Positions 36,768 through 48,941 of a stretch of DNA of 64,000 nt are shown here, in pieces (position 1 is the first letter of the stretch; the number at the start of each line of letters is the position of its first letter). The notes beneath the pieces were generated by a model, which saw nothing but the letters and a program-made list of their open reading frames with translations, was not told the origin of the DNA and ran no database searches. The DNA lies in the NCBI RefSeq assembly GCF_046105845.1, contig NZ_CP151004.1; one strand, given 5' to 3'. The position numbers were made by a program, and so were the translations under genes. This DNA is from Escherichia coli. GTDB lineage: Bacteria; Pseudomonadota; Gammaproteobacteria; Enterobacterales; Enterobacteriaceae.

Positions 36768-37256
36768 ATGGTCTGGATTGATTACGCCATAATCGCGGTG
36801 ATTGCTTTTTCCTCTCTGGTTAGCCTGATCCGCGGCTTTGTTCGTGAAGCGTTATCGCTGGTGACATGGGGTTGTGCTTTCTTTGTTGCCAGTCATTACT
36901 ACACTTACCTGTCAGTCTGGTTTACGGGCTTTGAAGACGAACTGGTTCGAAATGGGATTGCCATCGCGGTACTATTTATCGCTACCCTGATCGTTGGTGC
37001 TATTGTGAACTTCGTGATAGGCCAGCTGGTGGAGAAAACGGGGTTGTCAGGCACCGATCGGGTGCTGGGCGTCTGTTTCGGTGCGTTGCGCGGTGTGTTG
37101 ATTGTTGCTGCCATTCTCTTCTTTCTCGACTCCTTTACCGGGGTGTCGAAAAGCGAAGACTGGAGCAAATCACAGCTGATCCCGCAGTTCAGTTTTATCA
37201 TCAGATGGTTTTTTGATTATCTGCAAAGCTCGTCAAGTTTCTTGCCCAGAGCGTAA
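36768..37256 (+). CDS. cvpA: Colicin V production protein CvpA (inner membrane)
   Basis: 162-aa hydrophobic ORF immediately upstream of purF. Confidence 0.9.
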   Translation: MVWIDYAIIAVIAFSSLVSLIRGFVREALSLVTWGCAFFVASHYYTYLSVWFTGFEDELVRNGIAIAVLFIATLIVGAIVNFVIGQLVEKTGLSGTDRVLGVCFGALRGVLIVAAILFFLDSFTGVSKSEDWSKSQLIPQFSFIIRWFFDYLQSSSSFLPRA

Positions 37257-37292
37257 GTGCTCTGAGATGTGGCTTAACGAGGAAAAAGACGT

Positions 37293-38810
37293 ATGTGCGG
37301 TATTGTCGGTATCGCCGGTGTTATGCCGGTTAACCAGTCGATTTATGATGCCTTAACGGTGCTTCAGCATCGCGGTCAGGATGCCGCCGGCATCATCACC
37401 ATAGATGCCAATAACTGCTTCCGTTTGCGTAAAGCGAACGGGCTGGTGAGCGATGTATTTGAAGCTCGCCATATGCAGCGTTTGCAGGGCAATATGGGCA
37501 TTGGTCATGTGCGTTACCCTACGGCTGGCAGCTCCAGCGCCTCTGAAGCGCAGCCGTTTTACGTTAACTCTCCGTATGGCATTACGCTTGCCCACAACGG
37601 CAATCTGACCAACGCTCACGAGTTGCGTAAAAAACTGTTTGAAGAAAAACGCCGCCACATCAACACCACTTCCGACTCGGAAATTCTGCTTAATATCTTC
37701 GCCAGCGAGCTGGACAACTTCCGCCACTACCCGCTGGAAGCCGACAATATTTTCGCCGCCATCGCTGCTACAAACCGCTTAATCCGCGGCGCGTATGCCT
37801 GTGTGGCGATGATTATCGGCCACGGTATGGTTGCTTTCCGCGATCCTAACGGTATTCGTCCGCTCGTACTGGGAAAACGTGATATTGACGAGAACCGCAC
37901 AGAATATATGGTCGCTTCCGAAAGCGTTGCGCTCGATACACTGGGCTTTGATTTCCTGCGTGACGTCGCGCCTGGCGAAGCGATTTACATCACTGAAGAA
38001 GGGCAGTTGTTTACCCGTCAATGTGCTGACAATCCGGTCAGCAATCCGTGCCTGTTTGAGTATGTATACTTTGCTCGCCCGGACTCGTTCATCGACAAAA
38101 TTTCCGTTTACAGCGCGCGTGTGAATATGGGCACGAAGCTGGGCGAGAAAATTGCCCGCGAATGGGAAGATCTGGATATCGACGTGGTGATCCCGATCCC
38201 GGAAACCTCGTGTGATATCGCGCTGGAAATTGCGCGTATTTTGGGCAAACCGTACCGCCAGGGCTTCGTTAAAAACCGCTATGTTGGCCGCACCTTCATC
38301 ATGCCGGGTCAGCAGCTGCGTCGTAAGTCCGTGCGTCGTAAACTGAACGCCAACCGCGCCGAGTTCCGCGATAAAAACGTCCTGCTGGTCGACGACTCCA
38401 TCGTCCGTGGCACCACTTCCGAGCAGATTATCGAGATGGCACGTGAAGCCGGAGCGAAAAAAGTGTACCTCGCTTCTGCGGCACCGGAAATTCGCTTCCC
38501 GAACGTTTACGGTATTGATATGCCGAGCGCTACGGAGCTTATCGCTCACGGGCGTGAAGTAGATGAAATTCGCCAGATCATCGGTGCTGACGGGTTGATT
38601 TTCCAGGATCTGAACGATCTGATCGAAGCCGTTCGCGCTGAAAACCCGGATATCCAGCAGTTTGAATGCTCGGTGTTCAACGGCGTCTACGTCACCAAAG
38701 ATGTTGATCAAAGCTACCTCGATTTCCTTGATACTTTACGTAATGACGACGCCAAAGCCGTGCAACGTCAGAACGAAGTGGAAAATCTCGAAATGCATAA
38801 CGAAGGATGA
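37293..38810 (+). CDS. purF: Amidophosphoribosyltransferase
   Basis: 505-aa ORF beginning MCGIVGI (N-terminal nucleophile Cys). Confidence 0.93.
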   Translation: MCGIVGIAGVMPVNQSIYDALTVLQHRGQDAAGIITIDANNCFRLRKANGLVSDVFEARHMQRLQGNMGIGHVRYPTAGSSSASEAQPFYVNSPYGITLAHNGNLTNAHELRKKLFEEKRRHINTTSDSEILLNIFASELDNFRHYPLEADNIFAAIAATNRLIRGAYACVAMIIGHGMVAFRDPNGIRPLVLGKRDIDENRTEYMVASESVALDTLGFDFLRDVAPGEAIYITEEGQLFTRQCADNPVSNPCLFEYVYFARPDSFIDKISVYSARVNMGTKLGEKIAREWEDLDIDVVIPIPETSCDIALEIARILGKPYRQGFVKNRYVGRTFIMPGQQLRRKSVRRKLNANRAEFRDKNVLLVDDSIVRGTTSEQIIEMAREAGAKKVYLASAAPEIRFPNVYGIDMPSATELIAHGREVDEIRQIIGADGLIFQDLNDLIEAVRAENPDIQQFECSVFNGVYVTKDVDQSYLDFLDTLRNDDAKAVQRQNEVENLEMHNEG

Positions 38811-38904
38811 TGCCTTCGCTCAGGGTGCCGGTCTGGCACCCTGACTTGCAACTCCCGCCGAAATCCTGCAAAGTCTGCCTGCAAGTCTGACAGGGCAACT
38901 ATTT

Positions 38905-39474
38905 ATGAAACGACTCATTGTAGGCATCAGCGGTGCCAGCGGCGCGATTTATGGCGTGCGTTTATTACAGGTTCTGCGCGATGTCACAGATATCGAAACG
39001 CATCTGGTAATGAGCCAGGCGGCGCGCCAGACCTTATCTCTTGAAACGGATTTTTCCCTGCGCGAAGTGCAGGCATTAGCCGATGTGACGCACGATGCGC
39101 GCGATATTGCTGCCAGCATATCTTCCGGTTCTTTCCAGACACTGGGGATGGTGATTTTACCCTGTTCAATCAAAACCCTGTCCGGCATTGTCCATAGCTA
39201 TACTGATGGCTTACTGACCCGTGCGGCAGATGTGGTGCTGAAAGAGCGTCGCCCGCTGGTGCTCTGCGTGCGTGAAACACCATTGCACTTAGGCCATCTG
39301 CGTTTAATGACGCAGGCAGCAGAAATCGGTGCGGTGATTATGCCTCCCGTTCCGGCGTTTTATCATCGCCCGCAATCCCTTGATGATGTGATAAATCAGA
39401 CGGTTAACCGTGTACTCGATCAATTCGCCATAACGCTTCCTGAAGATCTCTTTGCCCGCTGGCAGGGCGCATAA
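38905..39474 (+). CDS. ubiX: Flavin prenyltransferase UbiX
   Basis: 189-aa ORF, flavoprotein fold with G-rich N-terminus (GISGASGAIYG). Confidence 0.9.
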   Translation: MKRLIVGISGASGAIYGVRLLQVLRDVTDIETHLVMSQAARQTLSLETDFSLREVQALADVTHDARDIAASISSGSFQTLGMVILPCSIKTLSGIVHSYTDGLLTRAADVVLKERRPLVLCVRETPLHLGHLRLMTQAAEIGAVIMPPVPAFYHRPQSLDDVINQTVNRVLDQFAITLPEDLFARWQGA

Positions 39475-39655
39475 CCTCATTGTTGCCCTGTTTCAGGGCA
39501 ATTTTGCAACCGCGATCAAATCCTCGACATTTTGTTCCTTTCGATGAATCGAAACGCTGCGATTCAACCGCTATACCTGCTATCTTCAACTTTAGGACAA
39601 TAATGCAACGTCTTATTAACATATTTAACGTTGAATGTTACTGTTGTCGTAAAGA

Positions 39656-39671
39656 TGGCATAAGACCTGCA
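39656..39671 (+). promoter_or_regulatory. Sigma-54 (-24/-12) promoter upstream of argT
   Basis: TGGCATAAGACCTGCA has GG and GC spaced as in the TGGCAC-N5-TTGCA consensus, about 70 bp upstream of the argT ATG. Confidence 0.5.
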
Positions 39672-39739
39672 TGAAAGAGCCTGCAAACACACAACACAAT
39701 ACACAACATAAAAAAGCCATTTTCACTTGAGGGTTATGT

Positions 39740-40522
39740 ATGAAGAAGTCGATTCTCGCTCTGTCTTTGTTAGTCGGTCTCTCCGCAGCGGCTTCCAGCT
39801 ATGCGGCGCTACCGGAGACGGTACGTATCGGAACCGATACCACCTATGCGCCGTTCTCATCGAAAGATGCCAAAGGTGACTTTGTTGGCTTTGATATCGA
39901 TCTCGGTAACGAGATGTGCAAACGGATGCAGGTGAAATGTACCTGGGTTGCCAGTGACTTTGACGCGCTGATCCCCTCACTGAAAGCGAAAAAAATCGAC
40001 GCCATTATTTCGTCGCTCTCCATTACCGATAAACGTCAGCAGGAGATTGCTTTCTCCGACAAGTTGTACGCCGCAGATTCTCGTTTGATTGCCGCCAAAG
40101 GTTCGCCGATTCAGCCAACGCTGGATTCACTGAAAGGTAAACATGTGGGTGTGCTGCAGGGATCAACCCAGGAAGCTTACGCTAACGAGACCTGGCGTAG
40201 CAAAGGCGTGGATGTGGTGGCCTATGCCAACCAGGATTTGGTCTATTCCGATCTGGCTGCAGGACGTCTGGATGCCGCACTGCAGGATGAAGTGGCGGCC
40301 AGCGAAGGTTTCCTCAAGCAACCAGCCGGTAAAGAGTTCGCTTTTGCTGGCTCATCAGTGAAAGACAAAAAATACTTCGGTGACGGTACCGGTGTAGGGC
40401 TACGTAAAGATGATGCTGAACTGACGGCGGCGTTTAATAAGGCGCTTGGCGAGCTGCGTCAGGACGGTACCTACGACAAGATGGCGAAAAAGTATTTTGA
40501 CTTTAATGTCTACGGTGACTGA
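39740..40522 (+). CDS. argT: Lysine/arginine/ornithine periplasmic binding protein
   Basis: 260-aa ORF with signal peptide, paralogous to the downstream hisJ. Confidence 0.92.
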   Translation: MKKSILALSLLVGLSAAASSYAALPETVRIGTDTTYAPFSSKDAKGDFVGFDIDLGNEMCKRMQVKCTWVASDFDALIPSLKAKKIDAIISSLSITDKRQQEIAFSDKLYAADSRLIAAKGSPIQPTLDSLKGKHVGVLQGSTQEAYANETWRSKGVDVVAYANQDLVYSDLAAGRLDAALQDEVAASEGFLKQPAGKEFAFAGSSVKDKKYFGDGTGVGLRKDDAELTAAFNKALGELRQDGTYDKMAKKYFDFNVYGD

Positions 40523-40742
40523 TACGTCGCAGGGAAGCTGTACCTGATGGAATGATCATCATGGTGCACGCCAGGTTTGTTGCACTATCGTGGTGCATTG
40601 AAATGCATACTTAAGCATTTTTAATGAAAAATAATACGTCTAACGGGGCGGGATATTTTGCCTTGATGGTCAATTTTATGGCACGATAAGTGTAACAAAC
40701 CTGTAAATATTCCCTATAAAAAGACTGTCTGTTGAGGACATT

Positions 40743-41525
40743 ATGAAAAAACTGGTGCTATCGCTCTCTCTGGTTCTGGCCTTCTCCAGCGCAACTGCGG
40801 CGTTTGCTGCGATTCCGCAAAACATCCGCATCGGTACCGACCCGACCTATGCGCCATTTGAATCAAAAAATTCACAAGGCGAACTGGTTGGCTTCGATAT
40901 CGATCTGGCGAAGGAGTTGTGCAAACGCATCAATACGCAATGTACGTTTGTCGAAAACCCACTGGATGCGTTAATCCCGTCCTTAAAAGCGAAGAAGATT
41001 GACGCCATCATGTCATCGCTTTCCATTACGGAAAAACGTCAGCAAGAAATTGCCTTCACCGACAAACTGTACGCTGCCGATTCTCGTCTGGTGGTGGCGA
41101 AAAATTCCGACATTCAGCCGACAGTCGAATCGCTGAAAGGCAAACGGGTAGGCGTATTGCAGGGCACCACCCAGGAGACGTTCGGTAACGAACACTGGGC
41201 ACCAAAAGGCATTGAAATCGTTTCTTATCAAGGGCAGGACAATATTTATTCTGACCTGACTGCCGGACGTATTGATGCCGCGTTCCAGGATGAGGTCGCA
41301 GCCAGCGAAGGTTTCCTCAAACAACCCGTCGGTAAAGATTACAAATTCGGTGGCCCGTCTGTTAAAGATGAAAAACTGTTTGGCGTAGGGACCGGCATGG
41401 GCCTGCGTAAAGAAGATAACGAACTGCGCGAGGCACTGAACAAAGCCTTTGCCGAAATGCGCGCTGACGGTACTTACGAGAAATTAGCGAAAAAGTACTT
41501 CGATTTTGATGTTTATGGTGGTTAA
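40743..41525 (+). CDS. hisJ: Histidine periplasmic binding protein
   Basis: 260-aa ORF with signal peptide, about 70% identical to argT by eye. Confidence 0.92.
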   Translation: MKKLVLSLSLVLAFSSATAAFAAIPQNIRIGTDPTYAPFESKNSQGELVGFDIDLAKELCKRINTQCTFVENPLDALIPSLKAKKIDAIMSSLSITEKRQQEIAFTDKLYAADSRLVVAKNSDIQPTVESLKGKRVGVLQGTTQETFGNEHWAPKGIEIVSYQGQDNIYSDLTAGRIDAAFQDEVAASEGFLKQPVGKDYKFGGPSVKDEKLFGVGTGMGLRKEDNELREALNKAFAEMRADGTYEKLAKKYFDFDVYGG

Positions 41526-41614
41526 TCGCCATCGGTGAAAGAAAGTCCGCTCCCTTCGGGTAACCGGAGGGAGACAAGAGGCGGTAATTCACCACACACG
41601 ACAGGACAGGCAGC

Positions 41615-42301
41615 ATGTTGTATGGGTTTTCAGGTGTTATTTTACAGGGTGCGCTCGTCACGCTGGAGCTGGCTATCAGCTCTGTAGTGCTCGCTGTAAT
41701 CATCGGTTTAATTGGCGCTGGCGGTAAGCTCTCGCAAAATCGGCTTTCGGGCCTTATTTTCGAAGGGTACACCACGCTGATTCGAGGCGTGCCGGACTTG
41801 GTGTTGATGCTGCTGATTTTCTACGGTTTGCAGATTGCACTAAACACGGTGACGGAGGCGATGGGCGTCGGGCAGATTGATATTGATCCGATGGTCGCAG
41901 GTATTATCACTCTCGGTTTTATCTACGGTGCTTATTTTACCGAAACGTTCCGTGGTGCTTTTATGGCAGTGCCGAAAGGGCATATAGAGGCGGCGACGGC
42001 GTTCGGTTTTACTCGTGGGCAAGTGTTTCGGCGGATCATGTTTCCGGCGATGATGCGTTACGCCCTGCCAGGCATTGGCAACAACTGGCAGGTGATCCTC
42101 AAATCTACTGCTCTGGTTTCGTTACTTGGCCTGGAAGATGTGGTCAAAGCCACGCAGCTGGCAGGCAAAAGTACCTGGGAACCGTTCTATTTCGCCATCG
42201 TTTGTGGCGTGATTTACCTGGTTTTCACCACAGTTTCCAATGGTGTGCTGCTGTTCCTTGAGCGCCGCTACTCCGTGGGTGTGAAGAGGGCTGACCTGTG
42301 A
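41615..42301 (+). CDS. hisQ: Histidine ABC transporter permease
   Basis: 228-aa membrane ORF; stop overlaps the hisM start. Confidence 0.92.
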   Translation: MLYGFSGVILQGALVTLELAISSVVLAVIIGLIGAGGKLSQNRLSGLIFEGYTTLIRGVPDLVLMLLIFYGLQIALNTVTEAMGVGQIDIDPMVAGIITLGFIYGAYFTETFRGAFMAVPKGHIEAATAFGFTRGQVFRRIMFPAMMRYALPGIGNNWQVILKSTALVSLLGLEDVVKATQLAGKSTWEPFYFAIVCGVIYLVFTTVSNGVLLFLERRYSVGVKRADL

Positions 42302-43014
42302 TCGAAATCTTACATGAATACTGGAAACCGCTGCTGTGGACTGACGGTTATCGCTTTACTGGCGTGGCGATCACCCTGTGGCTGCTGATTTTGTCGGTAG
42401 TGATAGGCGGAGTCCTGGCGTTGTTTCTGGCGATTGGTCGCGTCTCAAGTAATAAATACATCCAGTTTCCAATCTGGTTATTTACCTATATTTTTCGCGG
42501 TACGCCGCTGTATGTTCAGTTGCTGGTGTTCTATTCCGGCATGTACACGCTGGAAATTGTTAAGGGAACCGAGTTCCTTAACGCCTTTTTTCGCAGTGGC
42601 CTGAACTGTACCGTGCTGGCGCTGACGCTCAACACCTGCGCTTACACTACCGAGATTTTTGCCGGGGCAATCCGTTCAGTGCCGCATGGGGAAATTGAAG
42701 CCGCCAGAGCCTATGGCTTCTCGACCTTTAAAATGTATCGCTGCATTATTTTGCCTTCTGCGCTGCGTATTGCGTTACCGGCATACAGCAACGAAGTGAT
42801 CCTGATGCTGCACTCTACTGCGCTGGCGTTTACGGCCACTGTGCCGGATCTGCTGAAAATAGCCCGCGATATTAACGCCGCCACGTATCAACCTTTTACC
42901 GCCTTCGGCATTGCCGCGGTGCTCTATTTAATCATCTCTTATGTCCTGATCAGCCTCTTTCGCAGAGCGGAAAAACGCTGGTTGCAGCATGTGAAACCTT
43001 CTTCAACGCACTGA
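42298..43014 (+). CDS. hisM: Histidine ABC transporter permease
   Basis: 238-aa membrane ORF. Confidence 0.92.
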   Translation: MIEILHEYWKPLLWTDGYRFTGVAITLWLLILSVVIGGVLALFLAIGRVSSNKYIQFPIWLFTYIFRGTPLYVQLLVFYSGMYTLEIVKGTEFLNAFFRSGLNCTVLALTLNTCAYTTEIFAGAIRSVPHGEIEAARAYGFSTFKMYRCIILPSALRIALPAYSNEVILMLHSTALAFTATVPDLLKIARDINAATYQPFTAFGIAAVLYLIISYVLISLFRRAEKRWLQHVKPSSTH

Positions 43015-43021
43015 GAATACG

Positions 43022-43795
43022 ATGTCCGAGAATAAATTAAACGTTATCGATTTGCACAAACGCTACGGCGAACACGAAGTGCTGAAAGGGGTCTCACTGC
43101 AAGCGAATGCCGGAGATGTAATTAGCATCATCGGATCGTCGGGATCGGGGAAAAGTACCTTTCTGCGCTGCATTAACTTCCTCGAAAAACCGAGCGAAGG
43201 ATCGATCGTGGTTAACGGCCAGACGATCAATCTGGTGCGCGACAAAGACGGTCAACTCAAAGTCGCCGATAAAAATCAGCTGCGCTTACTGCGCACACGC
43301 CTGACGATGGTATTCCAGCACTTCAATCTCTGGAGCCATATGACGGTGCTGGAAAACGTCATGGAAGCGCCGATTCAGGTGTTGGGCCTGAGCAAGCAGG
43401 AAGCGCGCGAGCGGGCGGTGAAGTATCTGGCAAAAGTTGGGATAGACGAACGTGCGCAGGGTAAATATCCGGTGCATCTTTCCGGCGGTCAACAACAGCG
43501 TGTTTCTATCGCGCGGGCGCTGGCGATGGAACCGGAAGTTTTACTGTTTGATGAACCTACCTCGGCGCTCGATCCTGAACTGGTAGGCGAAGTGCTGCGC
43601 ATTATGCAGCAACTGGCAGAAGAGGGGAAAACCATGGTGGTAGTGACTCACGAAATGGGCTTTGCTCGCCATGTTTCTACTCACGTCATTTTCCTCCATC
43701 AGGGGAAAATAGAAGAAGAGGGCGCGCCAGAACAGTTATTCGGTAACCCGCAAAGTCCTCGTCTGCAACAGTTCCTTAAGGGATCGCTGAAATAA
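43022..43795 (+). CDS. hisP: Histidine ABC transporter ATP-binding protein
   Basis: 257-aa ORF with Walker A (GSSGSGKST), ABC signature (LSGGQQQR) and Walker B (LLFDEPT). Confidence 0.93.
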   Translation: MSENKLNVIDLHKRYGEHEVLKGVSLQANAGDVISIIGSSGSGKSTFLRCINFLEKPSEGSIVVNGQTINLVRDKDGQLKVADKNQLRLLRTRLTMVFQHFNLWSHMTVLENVMEAPIQVLGLSKQEARERAVKYLAKVGIDERAQGKYPVHLSGGQQQRVSIARALAMEPEVLLFDEPTSALDPELVGEVLRIMQQLAEEGKTMVVVTHEMGFARHVSTHVIFLHQGKIEEEGAPEQLFGNPQSPRLQQFLKGSLK

Positions 43796-43800
43796 TTCCC

Positions 43801-43831
43801 CCTCCGGTGGCTAACGCTGCCGGAGTATTTT
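43801..43831 (+). terminator. Possible terminator after hisP
   Basis: CCTCCGGTGGCTAACGCTGCCGGAG hairpin followed by a short T-rich stretch; weak U-tract. Confidence 0.4.
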
Positions 43832-43991
43832 CAAGGGGAATTTGCGAGTCAGCTTACGCTGAAATGTAAAAGTTGCAGTCCGCTAAAAATACTTCTGAAT
43901 TCGCTGTCCAAAGATAAAAACTGCCTGCTGCATTGGGTGTAAATCGTGGTTATTGTCGCGTCATCTTAAATTTGAGGGGTGACGGAACGCC

Positions 43992-44894
43992 ATGACAATA
44001 TCGACAACTTCCACGCCGCATGATGCGGTATTTAAATCTTTTTTACGCCATCCAGACACCGCGCGGGATTTTATTGATATTCATCTTCCTGCGCCGCTGC
44101 GCAAACTGTGTGATTTAACGACGCTTAAACTGGAACCAAACAGTTTTATTGATGAAGACCTGCGGCAATATTATTCCGACCTCTTGTGGTCTGTGAAAAC
44201 GCAGGAGGGAGCGGGTTATATTTATGTGGTGATAGAGCACCAAAGTAAGCCAGAGGAATTAATGGCTTTTCGCATGATGCGCTATTCCATTGCGGCGATG
44301 CAAAACCATCTTGATGCGGGTTATAAAGAGCTTCCATTAGTGATCCCGATGCTGTTTTATCATGGTTGCAGAAGCCCTTATCCATATTCACTCTGCTGGC
44401 TTGATGAATTTGCCGAGCCTGCGATTGCCCGCAAAATTTATTCATCGGCTTTTCCGCTGGTGGATATTACCGTGGTGCCGGATGACGAGATTATGCAACA
44501 TCGCAAAATGGCGCTGTTGGAGTTAATTCAGAAACATATTCGTCAGCGCGATCTGTTGGGATTAGTCGACCAAATTGTTTCGCTGCTAGTTACAGGGAAC
44601 ACTAATGACAGACAGCTAAAAGCCCTGTTTAATTACGTATTACAAACGGGGGATGCCCAGCGTTTCCGTGCATTTATTGGTGAGATAGCGGAACGCGCAC
44701 CACAAGAAAAGGAGAAACTGATGACTATTGCTGACAGATTACGTGAAGAAGGCCGGAATGATGGATTAATTCTGGGCAAACGCGAAGAAGCCCTGCGTAT
44801 TGCTCAGGAGATGCTGGAGAGAGGTTTAGACAGAGAGTTAGTTATGATGGTGACCCGACTTTCACCAGACGATCTTATCGCGCAAAGCCACTAA
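43992..44894 (+). CDS. rpnB: Recombination-promoting nuclease RpnB (transposase-like PD-(D/E)XK family)
   Basis: 300-aa ORF ([33 protein letters not shown]...) matching the YfcI/Rpn family. Confidence 0.8.
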   Translation: MTISTTSTPHDAVFKSFLRHPDTARDFIDIHLPAPLRKLCDLTTLKLEPNSFIDEDLRQYYSDLLWSVKTQEGAGYIYVVIEHQSKPEELMAFRMMRYSIAAMQNHLDAGYKELPLVIPMLFYHGCRSPYPYSLCWLDEFAEPAIARKIYSSAFPLVDITVVPDDEIMQHRKMALLELIQKHIRQRDLLGLVDQIVSLLVTGNTNDRQLKALFNYVLQTGDAQRFRAFIGEIAERAPQEKEKLMTIADRLREEGRNDGLILGKREEALRIAQEMLERGLDRELVMMVTRLSPDDLIAQSH

Positions 44895-44941
44895 TTCTGT
44901 AACACCAGGAGTTAACTGGCGGATGTTTGCAGTAAACCACA

Positions 44942-45835
44942 TCAGCGAACAACATCCGCCAGCGCCTCTTCTAAATCGTACCAGCGAAACGCAAAACCCG
45001 CTTCTTCCAGCCGTTTAGGCAATGCTCGTTGTCCACCTAATACTAGTACTGAAGATTCGCCCATTAACAGTCGAATGGCGGTCACAGGGACGCGCAAAAT
45101 GGCCGGGCGATGCAGCGCATGACCGAGCGCATGGGCAAATTGTTCATTGCGTACCGGGTAGGGCGAAACCATATTAAATGGCCCGCGCAGCTCGTTATCC
45201 AGCAGCCAGAGAATGCCGTTGACCATATCATCAATATGAATCCAGGCCAGATACTGCCGACCGGAGCCAATCGGCCCGCCCAGACCAAGACGAAACGGCG
45301 GCAGCATTTTACCGAGAATACCGCCATCCGGTGCCAACACTACGCCGGTACGCAGCAGGCACACTCGCGTTTTGTCACTTTGTGCCCGGCAGGCAATTTC
45401 TTCCCAGCGGGCGCAGAGTTTATGGGTAAATTCGTTATGCGGCGGTTCCTCTTCGGTAACCACCACTTCACCTAAGTCGCCATAATAGCCCGTTGCCGAG
45501 CCGGAAATGAGTACCGACGGTGGCGTGTCGCTGGCATTAATCAAATCGACCAGTTTTTGCGTGATATTCCAGCGGCTTTGGCAGAGACGCTCTTTTTGCT
45601 CGTGAGTCCAGCGTTTATCAGCAATCGGTTCTCCGGCCAGATTGATTACCGCATCAACGCCGTTGAGGTTACTTTGATCGGCAAGCCCTTGCCATAGTGT
45701 CACCCGAGGGCCGAGAACGGAACTGGCTTTCTGCGGGTTACGCGTTACTACCGTGATTTGATGGCCCAGATCCAGCAAACGCGGAATCAAATGGCGACCA
45801 ATTAATCCCGTCCCTCCGGTGATCACTATGTTCAT
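44942..45835 (-). CDS. yfcH: NAD-dependent epimerase/dehydratase family protein
   Basis: 297-aa ORF with N-terminal Rossmann motif (ITGGTGLIG). Confidence 0.85.
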   Translation of the reverse strand: MNIVITGGTGLIGRHLIPRLLDLGHQITVVTRNPQKASSVLGPRVTLWQGLADQSNLNGVDAVINLAGEPIADKRWTHEQKERLCQSRWNITQKLVDLINASDTPPSVLISGSATGYYGDLGEVVVTEEEPPHNEFTHKLCARWEEIACRAQSDKTRVCLLRTGVVLAPDGGILGKMLPPFRLGLGGPIGSGRQYLAWIHIDDMVNGILWLLDNELRGPFNMVSPYPVRNEQFAHALGHALHRPAILRVPVTAIRLLMGESSVLVLGGQRALPKRLEEAGFAFRWYDLEEALADVVR

Positions 45836-45855
45836 GCAGCCTCCCGATATGGCGG

Positions 45856-46218
45856 TTAACGCTGCCAGCTTAAGGTCATGGATACCGAATCGGCGTAGCG
45901 CAGCGCGTGCAGTTTATCGATCTCCACTTCAGCATACGTCACCCAGTGATGTTCACGTGCGATATCGAGCACATCCTGAGTTAATTTTTCCAGCAAAGAG
46001 AAACGGTTATTCTCTACATGCTGAATAATGTTTTTCGTTACAGTGCGATAATTCAGCGCATCGTTGATATCTTCGCTGGTGCGCGCTTTATCGGCGGGAT
46101 AGTGGATAGTCACATTGATAACAATATCCTGACGGTTGTTAATTTCTTCTTGCTTAATTCCGATAAACGTACGTAAACGAAGGTTCTTTATACGAATAAT
46201 AGCGGCAGGTTGTGCCAT
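45856..46218 (-). CDS. folX: Dihydroneopterin triphosphate 2'-epimerase
   Basis: 120-aa ORF of the FolB/FolX fold. Confidence 0.88.
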   Translation of the reverse strand: MAQPAAIIRIKNLRLRTFIGIKQEEINNRQDIVINVTIHYPADKARTSEDINDALNYRTVTKNIIQHVENNRFSLLEKLTQDVLDIAREHHWVTYAEVEIDKLHALRYADSVSMTLSWQR

Positions 46219-46274
46219 TGCAGGTTCTCCGTTGTTTTACTTAGGATGAAATAATACACGAGAACCTGTTTCTG

Positions 46275-47751
<1,477 letters not shown>

Positions 47752-47754
47752 TGA

Positions 47755-48309
47755 GTGATGAAACTGATGTTTGCATCGGACATTCATGGGTCGTTACCGG
47801 CGACGGAACGTGTTCTGGAGTTGTTTGTCCAAAGCGGTGCCCAGTGGCTGGTGATCCTTGGCGACGTGTTGAATCACGGCCCGCGTAATGCTTTACCGGA
47901 GGGTTACGCGCCAGCCAAAGTCGCTGAACGGCTTAATGAAGTGGCACATAAGGTTATCGCTGTGCGCGGCAACTGCGACAGCGAAGTGGATCAAATGCTG
48001 CTGCATTTCCCGATAACCGCGCCGTGGCAACAGGTATTACTGGAAAAACAACGTCTGTTTTTGACGCATGGTCATCTTTTTGGCCCGGAAAATCTACCTG
48101 CTTTAAACCAGAACGATGTGCTGGTGTACGGTCATACCCATCTGCCAGTGGCAGAACAGCGGGGGGAGATTTTCCACTTCAACCCCGGCTCGGTGAGTAT
48201 TCCGAAAGGCGGTCATCCGGCGAGTTATGGCATGCTGGATAATGACGTACTTAGTGTAATCGCACTCAATGATCAAAGTATCATTGCGCAGGTCGCGATT
48301 AATCCGTAA
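47755..48309 (+). CDS. yfcE: Mn-dependent phosphodiesterase (calcineurin-like)
   Basis: 184-aa ORF with metallophosphatase motifs (DIHG, GDVLNHG, GHTH). Confidence 0.88.
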   Translation: MMKLMFASDIHGSLPATERVLELFVQSGAQWLVILGDVLNHGPRNALPEGYAPAKVAERLNEVAHKVIAVRGNCDSEVDQMLLHFPITAPWQQVLLEKQRLFLTHGHLFGPENLPALNQNDVLVYGHTHLPVAEQRGEIFHFNPGSVSIPKGGHPASYGMLDNDVLSVIALNDQSIIAQVAINP

Positions 48310-48366
48310 TTTACCCACAACTCAAAATGCGCCGTAAGAGCGCCAGAAAAAGAAGGTTTCCTGATA

Positions 48367-48909
48367 ATGGAACAGCGTCGTTTGGCAAGTACTGAATGGG
48401 TGGATATTGTCAATGAAGAGAACGAAGTCATTGCACAAGCCAGCCGGGAACAAATGCGGGCACAGTGTCTGCGTCATCGTGCAACTTACATCGTCGTGCA
48501 TGATGGCATGGGCAAAATTCTGGTCCAGCGTCGTACCGAGACAAAAGACTTTTTACCCGGCATGTTAGATGCGACCGCAGGCGGTGTAGTCCAGGCCGAT
48601 GAGCAACTGCTGGAATCCGCGCGTCGCGAAGCGGAAGAAGAGTTGGGCATTGCCGGTGTCCCCTTTGCCGAGCACGGACAGTTCTATTTCGAAGATAAAA
48701 ATTGCCGTGTCTGGGGCGCGTTGTTCAGTTGCGTCTCTCACGGTCCCTTCGCCCTACAGGAAGATGAAGTCAGTGAAGTTTGCTGGCTGACACCGGAAGA
48801 AATCACCGCACGCTGCGATGAGTTCACTCCAGACTCGCTGAAAGCGCTGGCGTTGTGGATGAAGCGCAATGCCAAAAATGAAGCCGTAGAGACTGAAACG
48901 GCAGAATGA
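48367..48909 (+). CDS. yfcD: Nudix hydrolase
   Basis: 180-aa ORF with a Nudix box ([23 protein letters not shown]). Confidence 0.85.
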
Positions 48910-48941
48910 AAAAAGAGCCGCAATTGCGGCTCTTAACATTT

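Noticed and set aside
37779..38711. 310-aa minus-strand ORF
   Set aside because: Antisense to purF; no independent support.
38821..38845. Hairpin after purF (CAGGGTGCC...GGCACCCTG)
   Set aside because: Not followed by a U-tract and ubiX is likely co-transcribed; not called as a terminator.
41540..41580. Stem-loop between hisJ and hisQ (CTCCCT...AGGGAG)
   Set aside because: Imperfect stem with no U-tract; could be an mRNA-stabilising structure but evidence from sequence alone is too weak to call.
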